From: Acidimicrobiales bacterium
GTDB taxonomy: Bacteria > Actinomycetota > Acidimicrobiia > Acidimicrobiales > RAAP-2
Length of the DNA stretch: 64,000 nucleotides
Direction: 5' to 3'
NCBI GenBank assembly: GCA_035569675.1
Contig: DATMMN010000145.1
Coordinates: 361 to 64,360 of the forward strand
Each line of letters begins with the position of its first letter. The first letter of the stretch is position 1. The position numbers and the translations under genes were made by a program. The notes beneath the pieces were generated by a model, which was given only the letters and a program-made list of their open reading frames with translations, searched no databases and was not told where the DNA came from. Shown here piece by piece: positions 45,210-55,328 of this stretch.

Positions 45210-46918
45210 GTGCTTGCCGCTCCTTCGCCCGCGGTTGTCGCGGCGGGCACCGGCAGCGCCGGCAGCTCCACAACCCGGTCGGCCAGCGCCGTCAACGCTG
45301 GGCGGTGGGCGACGATGAGGGCCGTGCGGCCGAAGATGAGTTGACGGATGGCGTCGAGGACGTCCGCCTCGGTCTCGTCATCGAGGCTCGACGTCGGCTC
45401 GTCGAACACCAACAGCGGGGCGTTGCGCACGAAGGCGCGGGCCAGGGCGAGACGCTGTCGCTCACCGGCCGACAGGCCCGCGCCGCCCTCGCCGAGCGGG
45501 GTGTCGACGTCACGCGGGAGCCGACGTACGACCTCAGTCAGCCCAGCCGCATCGAGAGCAGCCGCAATGTGCGCGTCACTCGCATCCGGCCGTCCCAGCC
45601 GGATGTTCTCCGCCACCGTGCGGGCGAAAAGGTGCGGGCGCTGCGGCACCCACGCCACGTGGCGCCGCCAGTCCTCGAGGTCAAGGTCGAACAGGTCGAC
45701 CCCGCCGAGCCGCACGGTGCCCGCATCGGGGCGACGCAGCCCGAGGACGACGGAGAGCACCGTGGTCTTGCCGCACCCGCTCGGCCCGGTAAGCGCGATG
45801 GTCTCGCCCGGCTGGACCACGAGCTCGAAGTCGTGCACCGCAGGGAGCCGCCGCCCGGGATAGGTGACGTCCAGTCCCCGGATGACGATGCCGGTCCCGT
45901 CGGCGCGCACGCCGCCCCGAGCACCGTCGCCGTCCGGCGTCTCGATCAGGTCGAAGATCTCTTCGGCCGCCTTCATGCCGTCGGCACTCGCATGGAAATG
46001 GGTGCCCAGCGCCCGCAGTGGGAGGTACGCCTCCGGTGCCAGCACCAGCACGAAGAGCGCGTCGTGAAAACTCATGCTCCCACCCAGCAGGCGGAGGCCC
46101 ACTGCAACGGCGACGAGCGCGACGGACACGGTTGCCAAGAGCTCGAGCACGAGCGAGGACAGGAAGGTCAGCCGGAGGGTCCCCATGGTGGCCGAGCGAT
46201 AGCGGTTCGTGACCTCTGCGATGGAGCGGGCCTGCGCCTTGGCCCGGCCGAACACCTTGAGTGTCGGGAGCCCGGCCAAGACGTCGAGGAAGTGCCCCGC
46301 CAGCCTCTGGAGCGCGCGCATTCGCTTCGCGGTGCGGTCCCTTGTGGTCGCCCCAATGAGCGCCATGAACAGCGGGATCAGCGGCACGCTGACAGCGATC
46401 AACGCGGCACTCACCCAGTCGGCGCCCGCGACGACGGCGATGATGGCCACCGGGACGATGACCGCCAGGAACACCTGGGGCAGGTAGCGCGAGAAGTAGC
46501 CGTCGAGGGCGTCGATGCCGGTGGTCAACAGGACCGTCAGCTGCCCCGTGTCGCGCTGCTCGAGCCCGGATGGCCCAAAGGCGGCGACCCTTGCCGCTGC
46601 CGCCTGGCGTAGGTCTGACTTGGCGGCGGCCGAGGCTCGGAAGGCGGCGCGCTCGGCGGCCCAGGCGAGGAGGGCTCGTCCGGACACGACGGCGAGCAGC
46701 GCGAGGAGGGGCCCGCGCAGCGATGCGGCACCGCGGTGGTCCAGGAACGCGCCGTTCACCACGGTTGCGATCAGCCACGCCTGCGCGATCACCAGGACCG
46801 CGGTCGCGCCTCCGACGCCCACGGAGAGGACGAGGTACGTACGAGTCGCCCGTGCGTAATGCAGCAGCCGGGGATCGAAGGGACCACGGGAATGTCCCGT
46901 CGGCTTCGTCACCTCCAA
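45206..46918 (-). CDS. cydD: thiol reductant ABC exporter subunit CydD
   Basis: FDPRLLHYARATRTYL N-terminus, NBD GPSGCGKTT, LSAGERQRLALARAF, LLVFDEP. Proposed TTG 46918 with RBS AGGAAAGAGG. ATG 46996 is possible but would overlap the divergent gene. Confidence 0.8.
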   Translation of the reverse strand: MEVTKPTGHSRGPFDPRLLHYARATRTYLVLSVGVGGATAVLVIAQAWLIATVVNGAFLDHRGAASLRGPLLALLAVVSGRALLAWAAERAAFRASAAAKSDLRQAAAARVAAFGPSGLEQRDTGQLTVLLTTGIDALDGYFSRYLPQVFLAVIVPVAIIAVVAGADWVSAALIAVSVPLIPLFMALIGATTRDRTAKRMRALQRLAGHFLDVLAGLPTLKVFGRAKAQARSIAEVTNRYRSATMGTLRLTFLSSLVLELLATVSVALVAVAVGLRLLGGSMSFHDALFVLVLAPEAYLPLRALGTHFHASADGMKAAEEIFDLIETPDGDGARGGVRADGTGIVIRGLDVTYPGRRLPAVHDFELVVQPGETIALTGPSGCGKTTVLSVVLGLRRPDAGTVRLGGVDLFDLDLEDWRRHVAWVPQRPHLFARTVAENIRLGRPDASDAHIAAALDAAGLTEVVRRLPRDVDTPLGEGGAGLSAGERQRLALARAFVRNAPLLVFDEPTSSLDDETEADVLDAIRQLIFGRTALIVAHRPALTALADRVVELPALPVPAATTAGEGAAST

Positions 46919-47021
46919 TGGCGCCTCTTTCCTCGCCCCGAGATTTGCAGGCCGACCAGGTCTGCGCCACTGATACGCCGAGACGTCCGTGTTCATCTCG
47001 GACCTAAGCTCTTGGGGAGCC

Positions 47022-47636
47022 ATGTCCACGACCGCCGCTCGTACCTACACGACCACGGTCGGGAGCCAGACCGTGGAGCTGCCCCTCGTCGCGCTCTCCG
47101 ACGAGCTCACCATCGCTCTGCTCATCTGTGTTGACCTCGGGGTCGCCTTCGCGGAAACGGCGGGCCGGGAGCTGGCCGAGATGATGCGGCCCGCGGAACC
47201 CGAGATTGTCGTCTCAGTTGCGACGATGGGCATCCCCCTCGCGATCGAAGCCAGCCGTGCGCTGGGGATCGACGACTATGTGATCCTGCACAAGACGCCC
47301 AAGATCCACCTTGGTGACAGTTGGTCCGAGCCCGTTTACTCCATCACCACCGACAAGCCCCAGCGGTTGCGCATGGATCCGGCCCGGGTTGACGCCGTCC
47401 GAGGGCGCCGCGTCGCCATCGTCGACGATGTCATCTCCACCGGTGCGTCCTTGTCGTCGGCCCTGAGGCTCGTCCGGCGTATGGACGCCGAGCCCGTAGT
47501 CATCGGCACTCTCATGACCGAGGGTGGCGGTTGGAAGCGCGCCCTCGGCGAGGACTCTGCGCTCGTGCGGACGCTGGGCGCCATGCCGCTGTTCCACCCC
47601 GACGGCCACGGTGGCCTGGTCGAGGACTGGGATTAG
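47022..47636 (+). CDS. phosphoribosyltransferase (purine/adenine PRT-like)
   Basis: PRPP-binding motif VAIVDDVISTGAS. Confidence 0.75.
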   Translation: MSTTAARTYTTTVGSQTVELPLVALSDELTIALLICVDLGVAFAETAGRELAEMMRPAEPEIVVSVATMGIPLAIEASRALGIDDYVILHKTPKIHLGDSWSEPVYSITTDKPQRLRMDPARVDAVRGRRVAIVDDVISTGASLSSALRLVRRMDAEPVVIGTLMTEGGGWKRALGEDSALVRTLGAMPLFHPDGHGGLVEDWD

Positions 47637-47646
47637 GCCACTCGGC

Positions 47647-49152
47647 TCAGGCGGTGAGAAGCCCCTCCGCCCGCAGCAGCCGGTCCTGCGCGTCGGATTC
47701 ATTCCGCAGCCCTCGCCAGGACAGCACCGCATAGACCAGGCCACCCACCCCCAACCCCATGAAGATGCTGAAGTCGGCGCCCTGGTTGTGGTACGTGACC
47801 TCGTTGAGCCAGTGCGGGAGCGTGAAGGGGGGAGTTGTCGACAGGGCGGAGATCGCCGCGAACATCCCGAGCAACTGGGCGGCCCACGCGGGCCAGTGGA
47901 TGCCGCCCTTGCGCCAGTACAGGGAGTCCTGTCCGGTCTTCTGGAGCTCGCTCGGCACGTAGCGGTAACGCCGAAGGACCCAGTCGACCAGGAAGATGGC
48001 GCACCACGGGGCGATCCAAACGATGACAAGGTCGACGAAATCCGTGAGGTACTGCTTGAACGATGAGCTGAACACGGCATACATCGTGATGCCGAAAGCG
48101 ATGACGCAGTCGACGAGCACCGCTTGATACCGCCTGACCGGGACGCCGATGGCCTGCAGCGAGACGCCCGAGGAGTACATGTCGAGGCTGTTGATGCCGA
48201 AGATCTGGACGATGGCGAAGATGAGGAAGACGTCGACGAACCAAGCGGGAACGAAGCTCTGGTGGGCGAAGGGGAGGAGTGCCCCTGCCTTCTCCACCCC
48301 GATGTTGGCGATAAACGTCCCGACCACTGCGCCCAGCGTCATGATGAGGATCTCGGGTACGGCGGTGCCGAGGAAGACCCACCCGACGATGCCCCGCTTC
48401 GAGGTCTTGGTCGCGCAGTACCGCGTGTAGTCGTTGCCGTTCTCGGTCCAGCCGAGGCCACTCAGGGCGATCGTGAAGGCCAGGCCGGCCATGTAGAGCT
48501 GCCACCCCGCGCCGTGCGGTACTGCGTTTAGTTGCGCGTGTGGGATCGCAAACCCGAGCATCACCGCGAAGAGCACAACGAAGGGCGCCACGAGCCAGCG
48601 GAGCGTCTTCACGATGGCCGCGTGGCCGAAGAACGGCAGGATCCCCTGAATGAGGACGGCAGCGATCACCAGCACGACCTTGGCGGGGTCGCCAGGAAGG
48701 AACCCCGCCTTGATCATCAAGACGATCCCTGCCCCCACGATGAGGATGAGTCCCTCGACCTCGAAGCCGATCTGGGTGATCCAGTTGAAGAACGCGATCG
48801 GTCGCGACCCGTTGGGCCCGAAGGGCGCCCGGTTGATCGCCATCACCGTGGTCCCTGCGTTCGGCCCTTGCAAGCTGCACAGGCCCAACAGGAAGAAGGA
48901 CAGGTTGCCGATGATGATCAGCGACAGCGCCTGCCAGAAGGTGAAGCCGAACGTCATGAGGATGGCGCCGTAGATGAAGTACTCGATCTGCACGCTCGCC
49001 CCGGCCCACATGCCGCCGACGTCCCTCGGCTTCGCCCACCGCTCACTCTCCGGGATGAAGTCGATCCCGTGCTGCTCGACGTGGAACGCTTCCTTGGACT
49101 CCGGGTCGTGGATGACCGCAAGGTCTTCTGCGTAGTCCTCGGTGACCGTCAC
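47647..49152 (-). CDS. NCS1 family nucleobase/cation symporter (cytosine/purine/hydantoin permease-like)
   Basis: About 12 TM helices. N-terminal IPESERW... motif typical of purine-cytosine permeases. Confidence 0.85.
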   Translation of the reverse strand: MTVTEDYAEDLAVIHDPESKEAFHVEQHGIDFIPESERWAKPRDVGGMWAGASVQIEYFIYGAILMTFGFTFWQALSLIIIGNLSFFLLGLCSLQGPNAGTTVMAINRAPFGPNGSRPIAFFNWITQIGFEVEGLILIVGAGIVLMIKAGFLPGDPAKVVLVIAAVLIQGILPFFGHAAIVKTLRWLVAPFVVLFAVMLGFAIPHAQLNAVPHGAGWQLYMAGLAFTIALSGLGWTENGNDYTRYCATKTSKRGIVGWVFLGTAVPEILIMTLGAVVGTFIANIGVEKAGALLPFAHQSFVPAWFVDVFLIFAIVQIFGINSLDMYSSGVSLQAIGVPVRRYQAVLVDCVIAFGITMYAVFSSSFKQYLTDFVDLVIVWIAPWCAIFLVDWVLRRYRYVPSELQKTGQDSLYWRKGGIHWPAWAAQLLGMFAAISALSTTPPFTLPHWLNEVTYHNQGADFSIFMGLGVGGLVYAVLSWRGLRNESDAQDRLLRAEGLLTA

Positions 49153-49401
49153 CGTTCGCTTACCTCCATTGTGTTCGCCTTGAGAGCATCATGGGCGACC
49201 GACAAGGCCCGATGAGGGATCGCAGCTGCCCCCGGCAGCACCCCCGGCCTCACGTCCACTCGCTCGTCCGTCCCAACACGCCAGGTTCGGCCCTCGTCCC
49301 TGAGCGAGCGACCGAAGGTTGACGGCCATACCTTTGGTGCTGGTCGAGGCCACGTCAAGCAGCTTTGGCGTAGGCATGGCGGCTCGTCGAGCCAGGCTCG
49401 C

Positions 49402-49893
49402 TCAGCCCCCGAGCTGGATGCGCATGAACTCCACCGCCTTGCCTTGCATCTCGCGGGCCTGGTGCTCGATGAACCGTTCCACGATGGGGCCGGCGCCGAA
49501 GATCTTCACTCGGGCGTCGAGAGAGAAGGTCTCGACGGTCGCGCCGTCCTCGATCGCGAGCGCGATCGCTCCATCGATCAGCGTTTTGTCGGCCATCGTC
49601 CCCGGCGTCATGGTGAACGTCGACGTCGATGCCGCGGGGTCGAAAGTGCTGACCTCGGTCGTGACGACCTCCTCGCCGAAAATCTTGCGCACAGGTCCCG
49701 GCATGTTCGGCTTCTGCCCATACCGAAGGGTGCGCACCAGCCCGGCGGACAGGTCGCCTTCCTGGGACACGACCTCTGCCGACGTCGAGCCGAGCGCCTC
49801 GAGATGCATGCGCACCGTGAAATCGGGGTCGAAATAGAGCGCCCAGAACTCCTCTGGCGTGCAGTCCCAGCCGTAGGTGAGCGAGAGCCTCAT
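49402..49893 (-). CDS. SRPBCC-superfamily / DUF2505-like protein
   Basis: 163 aa. ATGA overlap with the upstream gene. Family assignment is tentative. Confidence 0.45.
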   Translation of the reverse strand: MRLSLTYGWDCTPEEFWALYFDPDFTVRMHLEALGSTSAEVVSQEGDLSAGLVRTLRYGQKPNMPGPVRKIFGEEVVTTEVSTFDPAASTSTFTMTPGTMADKTLIDGAIALAIEDGATVETFSLDARVKIFGAGPIVERFIEHQAREMQGKAVEFMRIQLGG

Positions 49894-50333
49894 GGTTGCA
49901 GGTCGATCAGCATGTGGTGCCCCAATTCTCCTGTGAGGTCGATGATTATGTGCATGGTGGCGACGCGCCAGCGGCCGGCCAACCTTTCGTAGGTGTGGCG
50001 GTACCGCCCCGCGATCACGGGTTGAAGTACGAGCTCGCCGGGCACCGCTTGCAGCACGGTGAAGTACGAGCGGCTCGACGCATGGACTCCGTCATCGGCG
50101 ATGTCGACGATGACGTTTGTCATGACGTGCTTGGTGCGCGGCGTTCCGTCGTCGTAGCGCCGCGTCGTGTTCGTGTAGAGCTTCTCTATTGCGTCCCGAC
50201 CCGAGATGGCATCGTCAAACCCTTCGAAGGTCAGGCTGGCGTGCTCGAAGACCTCGGCGACACCGGCGAAGTCTCCTTCGTCGATCCGCTCGGCGTAGGA
50301 GTAGATCAGCTTGGTGATGGCATGGACGGCCAT
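49890..50333 (-). CDS. NTF2-superfamily (SnoaL_4-like) protein
   Basis: ITKLIYSYAERIDEGDFAGVAEVF pattern. 147 aa. Confidence 0.6.
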   Translation of the reverse strand: MAVHAITKLIYSYAERIDEGDFAGVAEVFEHASLTFEGFDDAISGRDAIEKLYTNTTRRYDDGTPRTKHVMTNVIVDIADDGVHASSRSYFTVLQAVPGELVLQPVIAGRYRHTYERLAGRWRVATMHIIIDLTGELGHHMLIDLQP

Positions 50334-50392
50334 CGCCGCCTCGACCGCCGCAGTCTCTTGCGCCTCGGGCACGGCCGTGATTGTGGCACCGA

Positions 50393-51817
50393 TCACTGGC
50401 CGAGAAGCCGTCCGAGCACTCCGGCGGTCTTGCTGGGGCGTCCGTGGCGGCCTTCGCTCCGGTCGGCCAGCTTCATCGTCCACAGTCCCGCGTTCACGCC
50501 CAGCCAACGCAACGGCTCGGGTTCCCAACGAGGTGAACGATGGTTCACCCAAGGAAGCCTGGTCAGATCGGAGGCCTTTCCGGTGATCAAGTCGCCCAGG
50601 GTGCGTCCGGCCAGATTGGACGTCGCCACGCCGTCGCCGACGTAGCCGCCCGCCCAAGCAAGGCCGGTGGCGCGGTCGTAACCGACGGAGGAGTGCCAGT
50701 CTCGAGGGATGCCGAGCGGCCCGCCCCACGCGTGGGAGAACCGAACGCCGGCCAGGTCCGGGAACAGCTCGACGAGGGTCTCCCGCAACAAGGCGTGCAC
50801 CGATGGGTCCGAGTCGAACGAGGGACGGACTGCGGATCCGTAGTGATAGGGCGCTCCCCGCCCGCCGAATGCGATCCGGTCGTCGGCGGTCCGCTGCCCG
50901 TAGATGATCATGTGCCGGTGGTCGGCGAAGGTCGGCCGGGTGCCGAGGCCGGCCGCCTCCCAGAAGTCCGGGCCGAGGGGCTCGGTCGCCACCATGAGCG
51001 AGTACACGGGCACGATGTCGCGCTCGCTTCCCGGCAGGGTCGGGGTCCAGGCCTCCGTTGCTCGCACGACCACCTCGGCGTGAACGGTTCCGCCGTTGGT
51101 CACGACGGAGGGCCCTCTGCCACCGGCGGGACAGATGTCGAGTACCTCGGTGCGCTCGTGGAGGCGCACGCCACGTCGTTCGACCGCGTCGGCGAGACCG
51201 CGGGCAAGCAGGGCCGGCTGGATCGCCGCACAGTGGGGCGTGAAGGTCGCGCCCATCGTCCCCGCAGCCCCCACCAACGTTCGGGCCTCCTCCGGGCCGA
51301 GCCAGCGGAGATCGTCCTCTCCGAAACCGAGCGACCGGGACTCTTCGAGAGCGGCGAGTGCCCGCTCCTTCTGGGCCTCGCTTCGAACGAGGTCGACGGT
51401 GCCGCCCTTCTGGAAGTGGCAGTCGATGCCTTCGCTCGCCGCGCTGGCACCCACGACGTCGACGGTCTCGTGCATGGCGTGGCGCATGGCGCGCATGGCG
51501 TCGATCCCGTGCCGACGCGCGAGAGCGCTGTCGGAGGTCGCGAACAACGCCGAACACCATCCACCGTTGCGACCGGACGCCCCAAAGCCGGCGACCTCGC
51601 GCTCGAGGACGACGATGCGCAGCGCCGGGTCCGCCAGGGCCAGCGAGTGGGCCGTCCACAGGCCGGTGAAGCCGGCGCCGACGATGCAGACGTCGACCTG
51701 GAGATCCTCGTTGAGAGCGGGACGGGCCGGCAGGGGGAGCGGCACCTCCTCCCACCACAGGGAGAGCCGTGTGTATTCGGAAGCCGCTCCGGCTCCCGGC
51801 GCTACATCCGGCGCCAC
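50393..51817 (-). CDS. FAD-dependent oxidoreductase (DAO family, gamma-glutamyl-amine oxidase PuuB-like)
   Basis: VDVCIVGAGFTGLWTA dinucleotide fold, GASGRNGG. GTG start overlaps the aminotransferase 3' end by 16 nt. Confidence 0.8.
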   Translation of the reverse strand: MAPDVAPGAGAASEYTRLSLWWEEVPLPLPARPALNEDLQVDVCIVGAGFTGLWTAHSLALADPALRIVVLEREVAGFGASGRNGGWCSALFATSDSALARRHGIDAMRAMRHAMHETVDVVGASAASEGIDCHFQKGGTVDLVRSEAQKERALAALEESRSLGFGEDDLRWLGPEEARTLVGAAGTMGATFTPHCAAIQPALLARGLADAVERRGVRLHERTEVLDICPAGGRGPSVVTNGGTVHAEVVVRATEAWTPTLPGSERDIVPVYSLMVATEPLGPDFWEAAGLGTRPTFADHRHMIIYGQRTADDRIAFGGRGAPYHYGSAVRPSFDSDPSVHALLRETLVELFPDLAGVRFSHAWGGPLGIPRDWHSSVGYDRATGLAWAGGYVGDGVATSNLAGRTLGDLITGKASDLTRLPWVNHRSPRWEPEPLRWLGVNAGLWTMKLADRSEGRHGRPSKTAGVLGRLLGQ

Positions 51818-53181
51818 GCCTCGACGAGCACCTCGCGCAGCGTCGACGCCATGAAGTCGATCTCCTCTTGCCCGCAGATGAGCGGGGGCGACAACTGGAC
51901 GACGGGGTCGCCGCGGTCGTCGGCCCGGCAGATCAGCCCCGCATCGAAGAGCGCGCCCGAGAGGAAGCCGCGCAGGAGCCGTTCGGACTCCTCATCGTCG
52001 AACGAGAGGCGGGTGTCCCTGTCCTTGACGAGCTCGATCCCGTAGAAGAACCCGGCGCCCCGCACGTTTCCGACGATCGGCAGGTCGTAGAGGCTCTCGA
52101 GTGCGGTGCGGAACGCGTTCTCCGTGGACTGGACGTGATCGAGGATCCGCTCACCTTCGAAGACGTCGAGGTTGGCCAGCGCTACCGCGCAGCTGACGGG
52201 GTGCCCGGCGAAGGTGAAGCCGTGCAGGAACGACGCGCCGGGTCGGAGGAAGGGTTCCATCAGCCGGTCGGAGGCGATCATCGCCCCGAGCGGCGCGTAC
52301 CCCGAGGTCAGGCCCTTGGCGACCGTGATGATGTCGGGCTGGTAGCCGTAGCGGAGGGCACCGAACCAGTGGCCGAGGCGGCCGAAGGCACAGATCACCT
52401 CGTCGGACACGAGGAGCACGCCGTGGCGGTCGCAGATCTCCCGCACCCGCTCGAAGTAACCCGGCGGCGGAGGGAAGCATCCGCCCGCGTTCTGGACCGG
52501 TTCGAGGTAGACGGCGGCGACAGTGTCGGCACCTTCCCGCACGATGGCGCGGTCTATTTCGTCGGCCGCCCATTGTCCGAACGCCACCTCGTCGTCGGCG
52601 AAGAGCTCGGCGCGGTAGAAGTTCGTGTTGGGCACCTTGATCGCGCCCGGAACCAGCGGTTCGAACGGCGTGCGCAAGCTGGGGATGCCCGTGATGGACA
52701 GCGCACCCATGGACGTCCCGTGGTAGGCGATATCCCGGCTGATCACCTTGGTGCGCTGGGGCTCGCCCGTCATGCGGAAGTACTGGCGTGCGAGCTTCCA
52801 AGCCGACTCGACCGCCTCGGATCCACCGGACGTGAAGAAGACGCGGTTGAGGTCGCCGGGAGCCAGGGCCGCCACGCGCTCGGCCAGCTCCACCGCACGG
52901 GGGTGGGCGTAGGTCCACAGCGGGAAGTAAGCCAGCGTTCCCGCCTGCTTGGCGCCCGCCTCTGCGAGCTCCGTCCTGCCGTGCCCGAGTTGTGACGTGA
53001 ACAGCCCGGCCAGGCCGTCGAGATAGCGCTTCCCGTGCTGGTCCCACACCCACGCGCCCTCGCCACGCACGATGACCGGCACTTCGTGGTCCTCGTAGGA
53101 AGCCATCCGGCTGAAGTGCATCCAAAGATGACGTCGTGCCCGTTCGCTCAGGTCCATGTTCTCGGGACTGGTGTTGCTCAT
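51802..53181 (-). CDS. class III (omega) aminotransferase
   Basis: YHGTSMGA, LVSDEVICAFGRLG, and PLP lysine region ITVAKGLTSGY. Confidence 0.9.
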   Translation of the reverse strand: MSNTSPENMDLSERARRHLWMHFSRMASYEDHEVPVIVRGEGAWVWDQHGKRYLDGLAGLFTSQLGHGRTELAEAGAKQAGTLAYFPLWTYAHPRAVELAERVAALAPGDLNRVFFTSGGSEAVESAWKLARQYFRMTGEPQRTKVISRDIAYHGTSMGALSITGIPSLRTPFEPLVPGAIKVPNTNFYRAELFADDEVAFGQWAADEIDRAIVREGADTVAAVYLEPVQNAGGCFPPPPGYFERVREICDRHGVLLVSDEVICAFGRLGHWFGALRYGYQPDIITVAKGLTSGYAPLGAMIASDRLMEPFLRPGASFLHGFTFAGHPVSCAVALANLDVFEGERILDHVQSTENAFRTALESLYDLPIVGNVRGAGFFYGIELVKDRDTRLSFDDEESERLLRGFLSGALFDAGLICRADDRGDPVVQLSPPLICGQEEIDFMASTLREVLVEAWRRM

Positions 53182-53206
53182 CGATCCTCCGCTCGGGACA
53201 CGCCGC

Positions 53207-53716
53207 TCAGCGGGTGCCCCACGTATACGTCTGCTTGGCCAACTTCAGGTACAAGAAGGTTTCGGTGGCCCGGACGCCCGGAATGCAGCGCACCGAGTCG
53301 TTGAGGACCTGGAGGAGACGCTCGTCGTCCTCGCACACGATCTCGACGAGGATGTCGAACGATCCGGCGCACATGACCACATAGTCGACCTCGGGCAGCG
53401 AGGTGAGCTTCTCCGCGACCCGTCGCACGTCGCCCTCCACAGAGACCCCGATCATCGCCTGGCGCGTGAAACCCAGTTGGAGCGGGTCGGTGACGGCGAC
53501 GATCTGCATGATCCCCGATTCGCGCAGACGTTGGACCCGGCGTCGCACGGCGGCCTCGGAGAGCCCGACCTCCTCGGCGATGGCGCCGTAGGGCTGCCGG
53601 CCGTCGCGCTGGAGGGCCTCAATGATGGCTCGGTTCGGTCCGTCGAGGAGCGTGCCGGACGACCCTCCGGCGTCGTTCTGTGCGTCGGCTTCCTCGTGCC
53701 CGTGCGTCTCGGGCAT
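53207..53716 (-). CDS. Lrp/AsnC family transcriptional regulator
   Basis: HTH ([31 protein letters not shown]) plus a RAM domain. Confidence 0.9.
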   Translation of the reverse strand: MPETHGHEEADAQNDAGGSSGTLLDGPNRAIIEALQRDGRQPYGAIAEEVGLSEAAVRRRVQRLRESGIMQIVAVTDPLQLGFTRQAMIGVSVEGDVRRVAEKLTSLPEVDYVVMCAGSFDILVEIVCEDDERLLQVLNDSVRCIPGVRATETFLYLKLAKQTYTWGTR

Positions 53717-53746
53717 CTCGCACCTCTCTAGCCTCGGGGGGCCTTA

Positions 53747-53798
53747 AATTCTGCTGTGCAGAATTGTGTCATCTGCACGGCCCCAGTCAAGCAGAATT
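53747..53798. promoter_or_regulatory. candidate Lrp operator: three GCAGAATT half-sites
   Basis: Perfect inverted repeat AATTCTGC-TGT-GCAGAATT (53747-53765), plus a third GCAGAATT at 53791-53798, 33 nt after the second. Located in the AT-richer divergent spacer lrp<->aldehyde dehydrogenase. Confidence 0.5.
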
Positions 53799-53898
53799 CG
53801 TCATGTTGGGCTCTCTATATTGCGAAAACGCTTGTTGGAGGTGGGTCTCCTGTGATTCTGTAGGTCGGGACTGGACTCACCTGGCGAAAGGGAGCGGC

Positions 53899-55326
53899 AT
53901 GCAGAGATTGCAGAATTTCGTCGGCGGCGCTTACTGCGATGCCGAGGACGGTCCACTCGCCCCACTGATCAACCCTTCGACGGGTGAGGCTTTCGCCGAG
54001 GCGCCGGTCTCGGGGCCGGCGGACGTCGACCGTGCCCTGGCCACGGCGGCCGAGGCCTTCTCCTCGTGGCGCCGCACGACCCCGTCCGAGCGCAGCCTTG
54101 CGCTGATCCGGATCGCCGACGCGCTCGAGGCGCGGGCCGAGGACCTTGTCCGCGCCGAGTCCGAGAACACGGGGAAGCCCTTCCAGCTGACCATGGACGA
54201 GGAGATCCCTCCAATGGTCGACCAGATCCGCTTCTTCGCCGGAGCCGCCCGGCATCTTCAGGGCCTTGCGGCCGCCGAGTACATGGCGGGCCACACCTCG
54301 TACATCCGTCGCGAGCCCATCGGCGTCTGCGGTGCGGTGACTCCGTGGAACTACCCGATGATGATGGCGGTCTGGAAGTTCGCCCCTGCGCTCGCCGCCG
54401 GCAACACCATGGTGCTGAAGCCTTCGGACACGACGCCGGTCACGGCACTGCTGATGGCTGAGATCATGGCCGAGCACCTCCCGCCCGGCGTCTTCAACGT
54501 CGTGTGCGGTGACCGCGACACCGGGCGTGCCCTCGTCGTGCACGAGACGCCGGCGATGGTGTCGGTGACGGGTTCGGTGCGCGCCGGCATGGAGGTCGCG
54601 GCAGCGGCCGCTCCTACGCTCAAGCGCGTGCACCTCGAGCTCGGTGGCAAGGCGCCCGTGATCGTCTTCGACGATGCCGACCCCGGCGCGGCGGCCGAAG
54701 GCATCGCCGGCGCGGGCTACTTCAACGCGGGACAGGATTGCACCGCGGCGACCCGGGTACTGGCCGGGTCCCGCGTCCACGGGGACCTGTTGGCCGCTCT
54801 AGTCGAGCAGGCCGAGGGTACGACGGTCGGCGGGACGGACAACGAGGATGCGGACTACGGGCCGCTGAACAACGCCAACCAGCTTGAGCGGGTGCGCGGC
54901 TTCCTCGAGCGCGTCCCGGCGCACGCCTCGGTCGAGACCGGCGGCTCATCGGTCGGTGACCGCGGCTATTGCTTCGCCCCGACGGTGGTCGCGGGCCTCC
55001 ACCAGGACGACGAGATGATCCAGTCGGAGGTCTTCGGGCCCGTCATCACAGTGCAGGAGTTCAGCGACGAGTCCGAGGCGCTCCAGTGGGCCAACGGGGT
55101 CGAGTACGGCTTGGCCTCCTCCGTCTGGACGCGCGACCACGGGCGTGCCATGCGCATGGCGCGCGACCTCGACTTCGGCTGTGTGTGGATCAACACCCAT
55201 ATCCCCCTCGTCGCCGAGATGCCGCACGGCGGCTTCAAACGCTCGGGCTACGGCAAGGACCTGTCCGTCTACGGGTTCGAGGACTACACGCGCGTGAAGC
55301 ACGTGATGAGCAACATCGAGGAGTAG
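53899..55326 (+). CDS. NAD-dependent aldehyde dehydrogenase (aminobutyraldehyde dehydrogenase-like)
   Basis: VTPWNYP, ELGGKAP, and catalytic Cys region GQDCTAA. RBS AAGGGAG before ATG 53899. Confidence 0.9.
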   Translation: MQRLQNFVGGAYCDAEDGPLAPLINPSTGEAFAEAPVSGPADVDRALATAAEAFSSWRRTTPSERSLALIRIADALEARAEDLVRAESENTGKPFQLTMDEEIPPMVDQIRFFAGAARHLQGLAAAEYMAGHTSYIRREPIGVCGAVTPWNYPMMMAVWKFAPALAAGNTMVLKPSDTTPVTALLMAEIMAEHLPPGVFNVVCGDRDTGRALVVHETPAMVSVTGSVRAGMEVAAAAAPTLKRVHLELGGKAPVIVFDDADPGAAAEGIAGAGYFNAGQDCTAATRVLAGSRVHGDLLAALVEQAEGTTVGGTDNEDADYGPLNNANQLERVRGFLERVPAHASVETGGSSVGDRGYCFAPTVVAGLHQDDEMIQSEVFGPVITVQEFSDESEALQWANGVEYGLASSVWTRDHGRAMRMARDLDFGCVWINTHIPLVAEMPHGGFKRSGYGKDLSVYGFEDYTRVKHVMSNIEE

Positions 55327-55328
55327 CC

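Noticed and set aside
49153-49401. Possible riboswitch in the 249-nt leader of the NCS1 permease. GGGACGAGGG and GGACGGACGAG elements recall guanidine-type ACGR motifs, and GAACCTG recalls TPP elements.
   Set aside because: The ACGR-like tetranucleotides are not presented in hairpin loops; the flanks are G-rich on both sides. The TPP core (CTGAGA and so on) is absent. A covariance-model scan would be needed, and I see no convincing fold by eye.
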